Shown in pieces: positions 1-11,900 of a stretch of 64,000 bases of DNA. This DNA is from Monosiga brevicollis MX1 (Eukaryota): assembly GCF_000002865.3 (NCBI RefSeq), contig NW_001865061.1, positions 100,597-164,596 on the forward strand, read 5' to 3'. The notes below the pieces were generated by a model, which had not been told where the DNA came from, did not search any database, and saw only the letters and a program-made list of their open reading frames with translations. The position numbers and the translations under genes were made by a program. Each line of letters begins with the position of its first letter. Position 1 is the first letter of the stretch.

Positions 1-1729
1 CCACCTTGATTCCAATCGTTCTTTTTGTTCCTTCCCAACTAGAGCTCAAACGGGAACCCTTTTTGATCTTCAGCAGCGTAAGTGGCATTGTTTAGCTTGA
101 TTTGGCTTCGAGCCGGCTCCCATCGGCGCAGGCTAACAACCTGGTGAGATAGGAGGCCTTTTGCGAGCATAGTGCGCCAGTGCGTCTCGTCAAGCGCGCT
201 CCCTCTGGACCTCTGGTCATCTCCTACGACGAATCACACTGCATCAAGTCAGCTGTTCTGCGCGTTTCTGTGTCGTGGCGACTCGGAAGCGTCACGTCGG
301 GGATCTCTTACATTCAGCTTCTTTGACACAGGCTGTGGAATGCCAGTTCTCTGGAAGTGGTCATGGCCTTTGATGCGCCCGAGGACCTCGTGGCCGCTCT
401 GTGGTGCCAGACGCTTGATCGTGTGGTATGTCACCTCCGACTGGTCGCGTTTTGCCCGGCATTTTCTGCAAGTTGATGCTACTGATGTAGTCTTGCGCTT
501 GTTGTTCATCAAAATGTGCTGTTGATGTGCGACCGCTTGCCACCCAAACCAGCAACCCTTTGTCCTTGTGTACGCGTCAGGGGCCCTGGCCCTGGTGTCT
601 CCCATGCCCGGTGCTACTCCCACAACTGCCAATGTTCATGAGCATACCAAGTACGTATGCTTGAGCATGAACACACGTTTGGGGGGGGGGGAAGGTGGGC
701 CTCGGAGGTGGAGGCGTGTGAGATGGTCATTGCCTTATCGCTCTGGGCACGGCGCTATGGTTCAGGGGCACGTGCCGTGTGGTGGATGCCGATGGTCACG
801 CGGAGAGCAGTACCATGCTGCTTCTGGTTGCTGAAGGAAACGGAAGATCTTCCGTCCAGCGATGGAATATGGCGCAAATGAAGATGGTGGGCCGGTTTGC
901 TTTACCGGAAAGCTTTGAGGCCGGCACTCGTTGCTGCTTCAGCTCGCCGCAGGTGGCAGCAGTGGGGTCTCAGACTGGCCAAGTCTATCTTCTTGGTGCG
1001 TCTTGCCTTGGGCCATGGTTGCTTACACGCTTCGAACGTCATTGTGATCCAGTTTTGCAAACAAGCGTGGTCTGACTTTGCTGATTCATTTATTTTTTTT
1101 TAGATTTGGATCAGGGCAAGGTCATTATGAAGTTGCAGCCACACCACATGGCAATCCGGCAGCTCTTGTGCGTTCTTGACCGAGCGCTTTCCCTGGGGGT
1201 TGGGCGCCTCTTGAGTTTTTACAGTCACCTTGCTTGCCTGCCTTTCATTCTTTTTCTCACGGTGTTTGGCAAACCGACCGTAGCTTCTCAGCGGACTGGA
1301 ACCGTATTTATGCCCTGAGCCAAGATGGGTGTCTCAAATGGACCGATGGCCGTCGTCTCGGAGAGCCGCCAGGGGTGGTTCTCGACTCTCGTGCAAGCCC
1401 CGAAGAAAGTGAGGCATCGGTTCCCATCATGGCCACCAGCGATGGGGCTCAATTTTGCATCCTAGATGCAGAGGGGCGGGGCGATCCAACTCGCGCCCTC
1501 ATCTTCAATGTACGCAATCGTATGGTGTCCTGCTCTGACTGCACATGACAAAGCTCACCCTCATGCTTAACCAAATCTCTTTCGCACAAAGCTGGCCGAG
1601 GGCGGCGAGCCCGTGATGCGGTTGGAGACGCACAGCAATCGCTTGGCGGCCGTGGATTGGACCGGAGACTGCATCCTGTTGGGCGATGCGGATGGAGCAG
1701 TGCGAGTCTTGAGCGTCGTTCGAGTCTAG
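1..1729 (+). CDS. WD40-repeat protein, WDR91-like (3' portion, multi-exon; 5' end upstream of the window)
   Basis: Exon translations include ...RCCFSSPQVAAVGSQTGQVYL, LDQGKVIMKLQPHHMAIRQL and FSADWNRIYALSQDGCLKW. The last exon LETHSNRLAAVDWTGDCILLGDADGAVRVLSVVRV* ends at TAG 1729. These are WD40 blades, and the ending resembles the WDR91 C-terminus as I recall it. Confidence 0.6.
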
Positions 1730-2174
1730 GGGCATGTTGAATTTGAGTGACACTATCAGATGAGAGTAATTTCCCCCGCACCGGGGCTACCAGGCCGCGC
1801 CTCGCTCTGCTCTGTGGGCTCTTTTAAAACCGATGTTGATAGCCTTGCGTCTTGTTTCGAGTTGATCCCGAACCATGTTTAAGTGACCAGACGCGCATGC
1901 CTTGCAGCTGAAGGCCGTGGTGCGAGCAGTCCTGATGGTGTCTTGCCTTTTGTTGAACGATTGCGAGAGACACACCCGGAATGAGATAGAGTCAAAGTGA
2001 GACAGGCGGGGTAGAGAGAAAGAAGGCAAGTCGCGATGATAGCAAGCCACATAGAAACAACAAGACGAAAGGAAGATAAAAGTACCACAAGTAGGCATGA
2101 AAAGAAATGCGAATTTTCAATGATTTTCGCGAATTTTTCCGAGTTTTATTTTTATTTTTTTCGAGCTGACGAGG

Positions 2175-2179
<5 letters not shown>

Positions 2180-2237
<58 letters not shown>
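2180..2237. repeat. (GA)n microsatellite just upstream of the LRWD1 ATG
   Basis: Pure GA dinucleotide run seen directly, about 40 bp before ATG 2280. Confidence 0.95.
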
Positions 2238-2238
<1 letters not shown>

Positions 2239-2279
2239 CGAAAGTGTGAGAGAAATACATTGCGTTGTTGTCGTGCGTG

Positions 2280-5200
2280 ATGGCCGAGGCCGCGGAAGCG
2301 GCGTCGCCAGTGGGTGAAGCAGCAGGCAGTGAGCATGACGAGCCCGTGGCAAGGCCTGCTCGGCGCAAGGCAATCGATCTGAGCGCCTTTCACCCTGGCC
2401 AGCCGGCATCAGAGGTGACCCAGCTCAAGTAGGTGGCGGTTGCTTGTCAGGTCTCGTTGCCCCGGAACTTGCGCCTGTTCTTCTCGATCCTAGCCGCGCC
2501 TGGACTCAAGCATTGCATTGGGCCTGCTAGGGTGACGAGCCTCAAGGCCAAGCAGCTCGAGGCCCTGGACTTGGCGGCCTACACCAAGCTCACCGACTTG
2601 GATCTTAGCGGTTGTCAGCTGAAGGTGGGTCACGTTTCTCGATGCACCTGTGGTTGGATCCCTTTTTATTGGTTGCAGGCATCGCAGCCGCGATTTTTCA
2701 CAAAAGTTCCCCCGGTTGTCCCTCTAGTCGCTTGAGCTGGCAGCCCTACCAAAGCTAACGCACCTGGACGTTTCGGACAACGATTTGCAATGGCTCAAAG
2801 GCCTTGTTTCTCTCCCAGCCTTAAAAAGCATTCACTACACTGGCAATCCTCGCATCCCGGTGCGTTAGCAGCCATATTATGCCCTTTGCAGCGGTATCAT
2901 GACTTGCAAGCTCACCATACAGTGTTGTCCTTCGCTTTGGCCGCTACACTTGTCCAGGCGTTCTTCCCATTCTATCTGGCTTCTAGGCTGCCGGCTTTGC
3001 GGACGATCAACAACAACGTGAGAGCAATGATTCACGTCTGCACCTGTAGTTCTTTAACCTTTTCTCCATGCGCACTGTGACCTATCCCGTCTCACCGTTT
3101 TGAAGCCCACATCCATGCTGTTTCTTGTTCGCTCCTAATCCACCCCACCGTGGTACTGCTGGCATGCACGCACAGCCCCTCGGGACCACCCGCAGCATGG
3201 CCGAGCGCGTCGCGCGCGATGTTGACCGTCAAGTTGAGCAAGCCTATCAGAAACTCGGACTTCAAGAGTCGTCGGAGCACCAGGACCCAGAGGTATGTCT
3301 GCTTTTTGGAAGTAATGCCCCTGTCTCGTCGCATCTCACGTCTGTGTCATGGCATGGCTTTAGGCCGTGCGTGCTGCGCTGCGCAAACACTTCGCGGCCA
3401 AACTAAACCCCACTGATAATATGAAGGCGGGCTATGAACGACACATGTTATCACGCCTCATTGATCGCATGCCTGGAGGTCAGCCTGTATGCCACTCCCA
3501 ACGTGTCTGCCATTTTGCAAGGCTCTTGCCTCGCTTGCTCCTACTGACCATGACCGCGCTCCAACTCGTCCTACCCAGCTCTTGAAACCATTTTGTCACG
3601 TGCACACGGTCGAGCTCGCGCCTCAGCTGCCAAAACCGCAGCCACCGAAGATGGGAGCCCAGCAGCCAAACGCAGCGCCACTGGTGCCGGCAGCGCTGGA
3701 CAAAAGTCGACGTCACGAGGTGCAGGTCGTCCACGCAAGCCTCTGCCAGTGGATGAGAATGGCAACCCAATACCCAAGCGGGGCGTGGGTCGTCCTCGAA
3801 AGCCGCCGCCGGTGGACGAACATGGGAATCCCATTCCAAAGCGCAAAGTGGGCCGGCCTCGCAAACCGCCACCAGTGGATGAGAACGGGAATCCCATCCC
3901 AAAGCGCAAAGTGGGTCGCCCACGCAAGCCACCGCCAGTTGATGAGCATGGCAATCCAATTCCAAAGCGTCGGGTCGGGCGACCTCGCAAGCAGCCTGAA
4001 CTCGACGAGCAGGGCAATCCTATACCCCCGCGCCGTGCTGCACGCCGGTCAACGTCCAAAGCTGAGAGTGCACCAACCACTGACGGTGAGGCAGCCTCGG
4101 GCACGACGACAGAAAACACTTTGGCTGAGCCGAATGGCGCCAAGGCTCCAACCAAGCGACGTAGTAGAGCCGCAAAGACTGCCGTTGACGGTGATGCTGC
4201 GCCGAGTTTGGCACCGCCACCCCCGACTGAGCCTCAGATTCTAGACATGGCCGGGCCAGTCTCGCGCATTCCCATGCCAGATGCAGCCGCAGAGCCAGTT
4301 CCCGTCGTCCCACTCGATCCCGTTACCGGCTTGCAGTTGCAACGCGCGTTTCGCATGGTAAGAAGGTGCCAGCGCAGCCAGGATTTGCGATGAGCAAGTA
4401 TTTCCTCGTGGCTTTAGCCCTGCTCGACAATCGTTGCCTGCGTTTGCTCACGTTGTCCTCCCACTCAATCATGCCTACGACTACGCCAGCATCACGAAGA
4501 CGATGCCAGTGTGCTCGCAGCCAAGCATGCGTGGGGTGTGGCTTGTGCGCCTCCCGAAGATCCTCGCTGTACGTTGATTATTATTTTTTATTTGTTTTGT
4601 TTGGGTGCTCAATCGTGGTGCCAAAGCCTAGTCTCCCCTAGCATTGCTTCCTCTGGGTTTGTACCAGGTGCCACACTGATGAGATGGCTTGATTGCATGT
4701 TGCTGGGTTGCGTACTTGCTGGTTGTGTAGATCGCACCGTGGCCGCCTCGGTTGGTGGCAGTTTTGTTTGCCTGGTCGATATGATAGCGCAGCGCGTTGT
4801 ACAGCGATATCACTTCCCCAACGAGGTTGGCCATGTATCCATCTCGGGGCTTTCCATCTCCGGCAAGGGCGCATCCTTGTTTGCTAACGCTCACAACCCC
4901 GACAATATCTTGGGGTTACTCTGCGCTTAGGACTTTTACTGTTGTGCATGGAGCTACATTCCAGAGCTGCAAAGCAGCATTTTAATTGCGGGTGGTTCGT
5001 GCCCGAGTCCTGGCGCGTATTTGGGTGCAATCTTTTCAGTATGATGCAGTTGACTCTTTCATGCCTTCCATTGCGCTCGTAGGTCTGCAAGGTGTGCTTC
5101 ACATAATATCTCCGGATAAGAATGAATGCTACGAAATGCTCGGCACGACCGCGGAACCCATTCACACGGTGGTTGTCCACCCTCGCAGCCCTCGCCACTG

Positions 5201-6375
5201 CATCAGTGAGTCCTCTTGCAACCGAGGAACCCGCGTCATGGCAGCAATTAGCGTAGGCCCACAGCATGTCCAAGTCATTTTCATCACTTTGGGGTCGTAG
5301 GTGCGGCGGAAGATGGTGACGTCACGCTGTGGGGACTGCCGATGCCGGACGAGCCGTACGACCTTCAAGCCTGGTATGCTCAAGTTTTACTTCCCTGCGC
5401 ACGCTTCAACACGTTCCTTGTGTCAGCGCTGCCCCGTCTACTGCTTCAAGTCGGGTCGAGCCATTGACCTTGCGCTGATTGGACCGTTCGTTCCATCAAT
5501 AGGACTCATGATTTGGATAAGGAGTGTCATTCGGTGGCTGTGTCGCCGGACGGCGAGCTCCTCGTTGCTGCACTTCACAGCGGTGACATGCAATGCTATA
5601 AACTGGATATCGCAAAGCCGGCCTCCTTCTTGAAGCTTGCGTGCACAATCCCGCCGCCGCCCGTCGAGGCCGTTGACACAGTGGCCTTTTTGTCCAAGCG
5701 TATCCTGGGTGCGTTGCTCGCATATCTTGCAGTCTCACATCACCTGTGTTGAACAACTTGCGGGCGTTGTCGATGATAATTATACGAGTGAGGAGGCCAT
5801 GCCAGGGGGAAGAGCATCGCTGGCTCATTGTCATTGTCATCTAACGTGCTCTTGTTTCCAACATATCATTGCTGCGCGAGCAGTTACGCGCGTGCCTGGC
5901 TCGGCAAGAATGAGCCTATTCAAGATATCCGACGACGCATCGGCTACTGAGCCGTGCGGGGACATTGACGTTGTTCCACTTCCGCAGTATTTTGTTCGCT
6001 TTTCTGTCATTCCAACCAATCAAGGTTTGTAGATGCTTATTGAGGCGTCTGGAATTGTATTGCTCTCGCATGTTCGAGGCAAGCTTGCTCTTGACCTCAC
6101 CGTGGGTTTGTGTGGTCATGCATTTTTGCTTGGGTCGACGCGTACGGGTAGCCGGTGTGGTGCAAGTCATGGTCCCAGGTCCTCGAGGAATGGTCCAGAT
6201 TGGCACCGTCTCTGGGCTCGATACGAGCTCACCGTCGGCGACAACGCAGCACGTGCTGGTGCACGAACAGCTAGGCGCAACCATCTTACCACGACAAATG
6301 GCAGTTTCATCGGCCGCTAAGCGCCTGGTAGCTGCTTGTGAAGCCAACTACGTCGCAGTCAGCGAGCTAAACTAA
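2280..6375 (+). CDS. LRWD1: LRR + WD40 protein, ORCA/LRWD1 homolog, with an internal AT-hook-like repeat array (multi-exon)
   Basis: N-terminal LRRs: LTDLDLSGCQLK, LTHLDVSDNDLQ, LKSIHYTGNP, LPALRTINN. C-terminal WD40 exons HHEDDASVLAAKHAWGVACAP, RTVAASVGGSFVCLVDMIAQRVVQRYHFPNEDFY and IALVGLQGVLHIISPDKNECYEML follow the order and pattern of LRWD1 (QLWACAF, TVATCGGEAVCVIDC, LAAAGLRGLVRLL). Stop TAA at 6375. Confidence 0.75.
3716..4030 (+). repeat. Coding tandem repeat: 5 x 60 bp (20 aa) units, R-x-(A/V)-GRPRK-x-x-x-(V/L)DE-x-GNPIP(K), AT-hook-like
   Basis: Seen in ORF 3593..4393. Units differ mostly at third codon positions while the peptide is conserved. Confidence 0.9.
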
Positions 6376-6690
6376 CGTGGCTGAGCCGCGACGAGCACGC
6401 CAACATGACGGTTATTTCATTCAAGACAGGGCCCTGCTGAGCGTTCCTCTCCTGATGTGTGCCGTTGTCTTGCGGGCGTCTGCATGTCTACTATTGTGTC
6501 CTGGGTCAAGCTGTGTTGGCTTGCTTTCAAATGAGATCAGTTACTGATTCGGGCCTTTGGCGCTTGATCAAACTGAAAAAAACAAAAAAACCATGGCATT
6601 TGATTTCTTTTTTTCCTTTTTGATTTTGTTTTACCAAGCAAAGGGGTCAAGAGGAAAGTCAACCATGAGATCAGATGAGAATTCATCAGG

Positions 6691-9600
6691 TCAATTCAAA
6701 AAGCCTTTGCAGTTTTCTGCGCCACAATAGCAGGGAATTTTCTCGTCCTCCATGGGGAACTGATAGTCGTAAGTGATTTCCTGGCCCTCGCGAATATCGC
6801 GTTTGCTGTAGATAACAATGTGCTTCTCCTGCCCAATAGTTACTGTCTGCGCCCAGGCGTTGGGCTAAGTAGCACACAGCAGGATAATACGTCGTGAGAC
6901 TCAAAAACCTTTGGATGAAACGGGGTGTTCGGAATTGAGCGCGGTAAACCAACATCGCAGCTGTGATTCATGAAGCGGGCAATGTGCCCGCGTCGTGTGG
7001 CATCAATAACGTTGAGCTCGTCAATGCGGAAAAGGTACGAACTAAAAGCGCCCCCACAACATCATCAAAGACAATCAAAGACAAAGAAAGCAGCAAAATC
7101 GAAGCGAGGGCATGGTCTGGGGGTTTTCGGGTTGCAAGAGGTGTGGAGAAACAAAGGACGGGCTGGTTGACAGCAGGTGCGCACCTGCCAATTTTGACTT
7201 GAGTATAACGTCGCTCGCGCTCGTCGGCCACCGACTGGCGAATCACCTCGCCCACATATTCAATGACAACCTCATTGGCCGGGATATCCTGACGCCATGA
7301 TGGGAGCAAGGAAGAGCAAGGTATAAAAACGACCAAAATGCAGGTTGTGAGACATGCTCGAGGGCAGAACAAGGCAAAGACGATTGCCTTGAGGGGGGCG
7401 CATTCACCGAATCAACCAACCTCCATCGCAAAGAGACCCCATGCATGGATTGTCGATCGACCAAATGCAAGCTTCTTGCTGCGTGTCTGCGGATATGGAT
7501 GCGGTGACAAAAAAAAAAACAAAACAAAAAAAAAGAAAAAAACAAAAAACAAAAAAAAAAAAAAAAAAAGTCAAGGGATGGTGCAATAGCTCGGCGCATC
7601 TGCGATCAAAGGCAATACCTTGAGTTGCTGAATTAGGCCCACTTCCGCAGCCAAATTCATGTTTCCGGTCGAGGCCAGGGCGCTCGTCACGTGACGAGCC
7701 TGCCGCCGATTGTCACGCGTGGCGGTGCGGGCAACCTTTTGCACCTGTTGACGGCCTGCAGCGGGTCACGGTTTGTGAGGATGAGCGGCGAGGAAACGGT
7801 CATGGGGCGGATGTATGGGTAACAAGCAATGGACAGAAAAGAAGAGGCAGAGGAACAGGGCGAGCCTACCGGTAGCCACATTGGCACGCTTGGTTTCGGC
7901 TGAAACAAAGTAGTAGCCTTCGGCACGGGCGCATCCAGTAGCATGGGGGATGACCTTGGGGACTTGGGGCGGTTCTGAGAGTTCGTTCGGCTCGGCAGTT
8001 GGCTTGTGCTCGACAGAAGTCGCGATGAGCTGCGACTCAGCGTCAAGACTAGCAAGTTCGGCACGCAAAGCGCGCAGCAAGGCTGGAAGATATTGCGTGG
8101 CATACGCAGGAGCATGGTCCTTGGCCTTGCGATCGGTTTGCGCGAAGAGTGCTGCAATCACAAATTCCACGTCCTCGGCTGTTGCCGAGGCCAACCACGT
8201 TTCAATTTCCTGCTGGGCCTGCGCCAAAGCCTCTGGTTGATCCAGGGAAACGGGGGTACGCAACGGCTCGTCCAAGGCTTTGTCCAACGCTTCTTGGGCG
8301 GCTGCTTCGGCTTCTCGAGCGGCTTTGTCAGCTTCTGATTCAAGTTCAGCCTCTTGGGCGCGACGCGCGGCATCAGCGCGGCGTTGCGTTAGCCGTGCCA
8401 GCTGCTCAGATGCGTCTTCGTTGTCTGGCATGCTGTCTGCATCGCCATCATTATCATCCTCATCCACGTCCATGTCCTGCTCGTCCTCTGAACTGGATGA
8501 AATGTAGTCCCGGCGCTGCGGGGCGTCCTCATCCTCCGATGACTCATCGTCGGACTTGTCCGAAGACACAAGACCTGACGTAGGTGATAAGGCACATGAT
8601 CAGCACCAGGTGCGGAAAAGCAAGGTGGTCGCTAAACATGGGTGAAGATGCGGGAGCAAAAGGGGGTGGGAGGGTGGCGTGTGCCAGAACGTACGACGGC
8701 GGGGCGGCGATGGGTTTGGATGGTAGCCCGCGGGCAAGAGTCCAACAGAGTGGAGATCTTTTTGCTCCACGCTGCGTGCAGCTTCATCGGCTTGTTCTTG
8801 ACGTTGGCGCTTGCTTTCGCGACGATGGCGGCTCCAATCGACATGCATGGCAATCAAGTCGTCAATTTTTGGCTCAACCACCTGCGGGGAGTAGCGAAGC
8901 AAAAAAAAAAAAAAAAGAAAAGAAAACAGACCAAGGCAAAACATCATCCATGAGTGAATTGTGCAGTCACAATGAGAAGGTGGGCGAGCACAAGAGGCTG
9001 GGAGGAAACGAGAGGGGTTTACCTCGCGGTGCAGTGTGCGAGTAACAGCACGCAAGACGTTGCTAAAGAGTGTCTTGCGGACTTTGGCAAGGAGGTGGCG
9101 TCGAAATGAAGCGGCACGCGCTTCAGCCACGGCTCGAGGGTTGACTGGGGGGGACGCCGGGCGGGCAACTGCGGTATCACCCAAAAAGGCAAGGGCAGGA
9201 GATCGATGCTGTGTGTAGGCCGCCTCGGCAAGTGCTGCACTGGCAAAATGCACAACAGCGCTGGGCGGATCGCCGTGCAGAGTCACACGCAGTGGCTGCC
9301 AAGCACGAAACGCGGCAAGCAGGAGTGCTTCTTGGCAGGCGTGTGGCGCCAGCTCGGTCAAGCGCAGACAGGTGTGGCGAGGCTCAAAGCGAGCCGGGGC
9401 GACAACAGGAGGGGCGGAGCTNNNNNNNNNNNNNNNNNNNNNNNNNNNNNNNNNNNNNNNNNNNNNNNNNNNNNNNNNNNNNNNNNNNNNNNNNNNNNNN
9501 NNNNNNNNNNNNNNNNNNNNNNNNNNNNNNNNNNNNNNNNNNNNNNNNNNNNNNNNNNCCCGCTCCTTGTGATGGACGCGTGTCAGGACTTGGAGGGCGC

Positions 9601-9820
9601 GCAAGACGAGCTTTATCGGCTTTAATGTGGTGTTCATCTTCGTTCTCAAATACCTTGCGCACACCCAAGGGATAGAATTCGCGCAGGTACGGCATGAGCG
9701 TGTCAGGGAGGCACCCGGGCTGAGTCCGGGTTTCAACGGCATGGGTGCACTCGGCCACAGCGCGCCGCGAGAGGGCGTCCAAGAGTTGATCTGTGGCCAA
9801 AGGTCAGAGAAAAAAATTGA

Positions 9821-9885
<65 letters not shown>

Positions 9886-11026
9886 ATGGGGAAGCAGAGT
9901 CAGACGAGTGAGGTGCCCGCCGAACCAGGGGCGTGGGTAGGCGGTGCTGCATGGCACACCGGCAGGAAAACAGCGGCAGCGATGAAACAACAGCAGGCCA
10001 CACCTTCATAGTCGAGGAGAGCTACCAGAGGGGCGCCGCTCAAAGTTTGCAAATGGAGGCGGCGTACGATCATCGAGGCCTGTCGGGGGTGCTCCACCTG
10101 CATGACAGCTAGGCGAAGGCTGCGCTTGAACGTGGGATGCTCAATGATCTGGGCCGCGGAGTGGGGGTCACTTGGCGTAAGACCAGAGAGCGTAGAGTCG
10201 AGGCAGAACTTGTTGCGAGCCACAGCAAAGCCAGACCTTAATGGGCGGAGCACCCATGCGTAAAAATTGGCGGAGGTTGCGTCCGAGATCATCGCCGGTG
10301 TAATGGGCGGCAAAGCCGATCAGAACCACGCCACTATAAATTGGCCCGAGCGATGAGGAAGAGATGGGCAACGACCGTGGGGAATGACGGTTTAAAAAGT
10401 TGAGCACGGGGTAGGATCAACGCAATACAAGTAGGGTCAAAACAGGCGGGGGTGCCACCCACCTCAGGCCTCGCCGCGGCTCTGTCGCGTGAAAGGTCTG
10501 CACACAGGCATCGGAACAAATGAGTGTGGAGATGGCGAGGTAAAAAAATAAAAACAAAAGAACAGCAACAAAAAGCACAGGATGAGGGGGACGGGAGAGA
10601 CTACGGCGGTGATGAGCGCACGCACAGTCAGGGAGACGGCCTGGACGGAGGCGCGGCCGGGAACGACGAGCGGGGGTGGCCGTTCGCCATTTTCGAGCAG
10701 ACGCGGATCTGGGCGCGCAGAGCGGGCCTAGAACACAAGCAAGAGGATGGTGGGATCAAGCGATGAGCTGTCGGACGAAGGAGGGTACGGGGACAGAGGC
10801 GATCATGATCGGGCGGTCGGAGGGTGGCGCTGCATACCGGGGGATCAAAGAGTCGATGCTTGACTTGCTTGACTCCAGGATGGAGAGCCGGATCCTCGAG
10901 CACCACGTAGCATTGTCGCTTGACGCGCTTGGCTGAAGACGCGTAGGCAGCGAGGCATGATGCGTTGGTCAGAGCAAAGGCAAGAGGTGAGACCGGCAAA
11001 CCGTTCGTTGCAGCAGAAGAGGCCAT
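6691..11026 (-). CDS. SET1: Histone H3K4 methyltransferase SET1/SETD1 (N-terminal motif, RRM-like region, N-SET, SET, post-SET; multi-exon, spans a gap)
   Basis: C-terminus [32 protein letters not shown] pieces [58 protein letters not shown] motif [12 protein letters not shown]. Acidic linker. N-terminal YVVLEDPAL motif. Confidence 0.9.
9422..9558. other. Assembly gap (N run) within SET1
   Basis: N characters. Confidence 1.
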
Positions 11027-11231
11027 TGAGGAAAAAAAAAAAAAAAAACGGTCAGGGAATGAGCCAGCGCGGCACGAAGCAGCCTCAACACCGGGTCGAA
11101 GATCCCTCCAGCCCGCCCGCCACACACACACACACACACACTATAATGCGCAAAAGGATAGAGAGGCAGGCGCACAGACAGGCGGACAGACACACACGCA
11201 CACACACACGCACGGACGCACCTGGCTGCTC

Positions 11232-11885
11232 NNNNNNNNNNNNNNNNNNNNNNNNNNNNNNNNNNNNNNNNNNNNNNNNNNNNNNNNNNNNNNNNNNNNN
11301 NNNNNNNNNNNNNNNNNNNNNNNNNNNNNNNNNNNNNNNNNNNNNNNNNNNNNNNNNNNNNNNNNNNNNNNNNNNNNNNNNNNNNNNNNNNNNNNNNNNN
11401 NNNNNNNNNNNNNNNNNNNNNNNNNNNNNNNNNNNNNNNNNNNNNNNNNNNNNNNNNNNNNNNNNNNNNNNNNNNNNNNNNNNNNNNNNNNNNNNNNNNN
11501 NNNNNNNNNNNNNNNNNNNNNNNNNNNNNNNNNNNNNNNNNNNNNNNNNNNNNNNNNNNNNNNNNNNNNNNNNNNNNNNNNNNNNNNNNNNNNNNNNNNN
11601 NNNNNNNNNNNNNNNNNNNNNNNNNNNNNNNNNNNNNNNNNNNNNNNNNNNNNNNNNNNNNNNNNNNNNNNNNNNNNNNNNNNNNNNNNNNNNNNNNNNN
11701 NNNNNNNNNNNNNNNNNNNNNNNNNNNNNNNNNNNNNNNNNNNNNNNNNNNNNNNNNNNNNNNNNNNNNNNNNNNNNNNNNNNNNNNNNNNNNNNNNNNN
11801 NNNNNNNNNNNNNNNNNNNNNNNNNNNNNNNNNNNNNNNNNNNNNNNNNNNNNNNNNNNNNNNNNNNNNNNNNNNNNNNNNNNNN
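11232..11885. other. Assembly gap (N run)
   Basis: N characters. Confidence 1.
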
Positions 11886-11900
11886 CGGTGATCGACTCAC

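Noticed and set aside
3716..4030. Regular 60-bp repeats as a possible CRISPR array
   Set aside because: There are no unique spacers, the units are in-frame coding with synonymous variation, the context is eukaryotic, and no cas genes are present.
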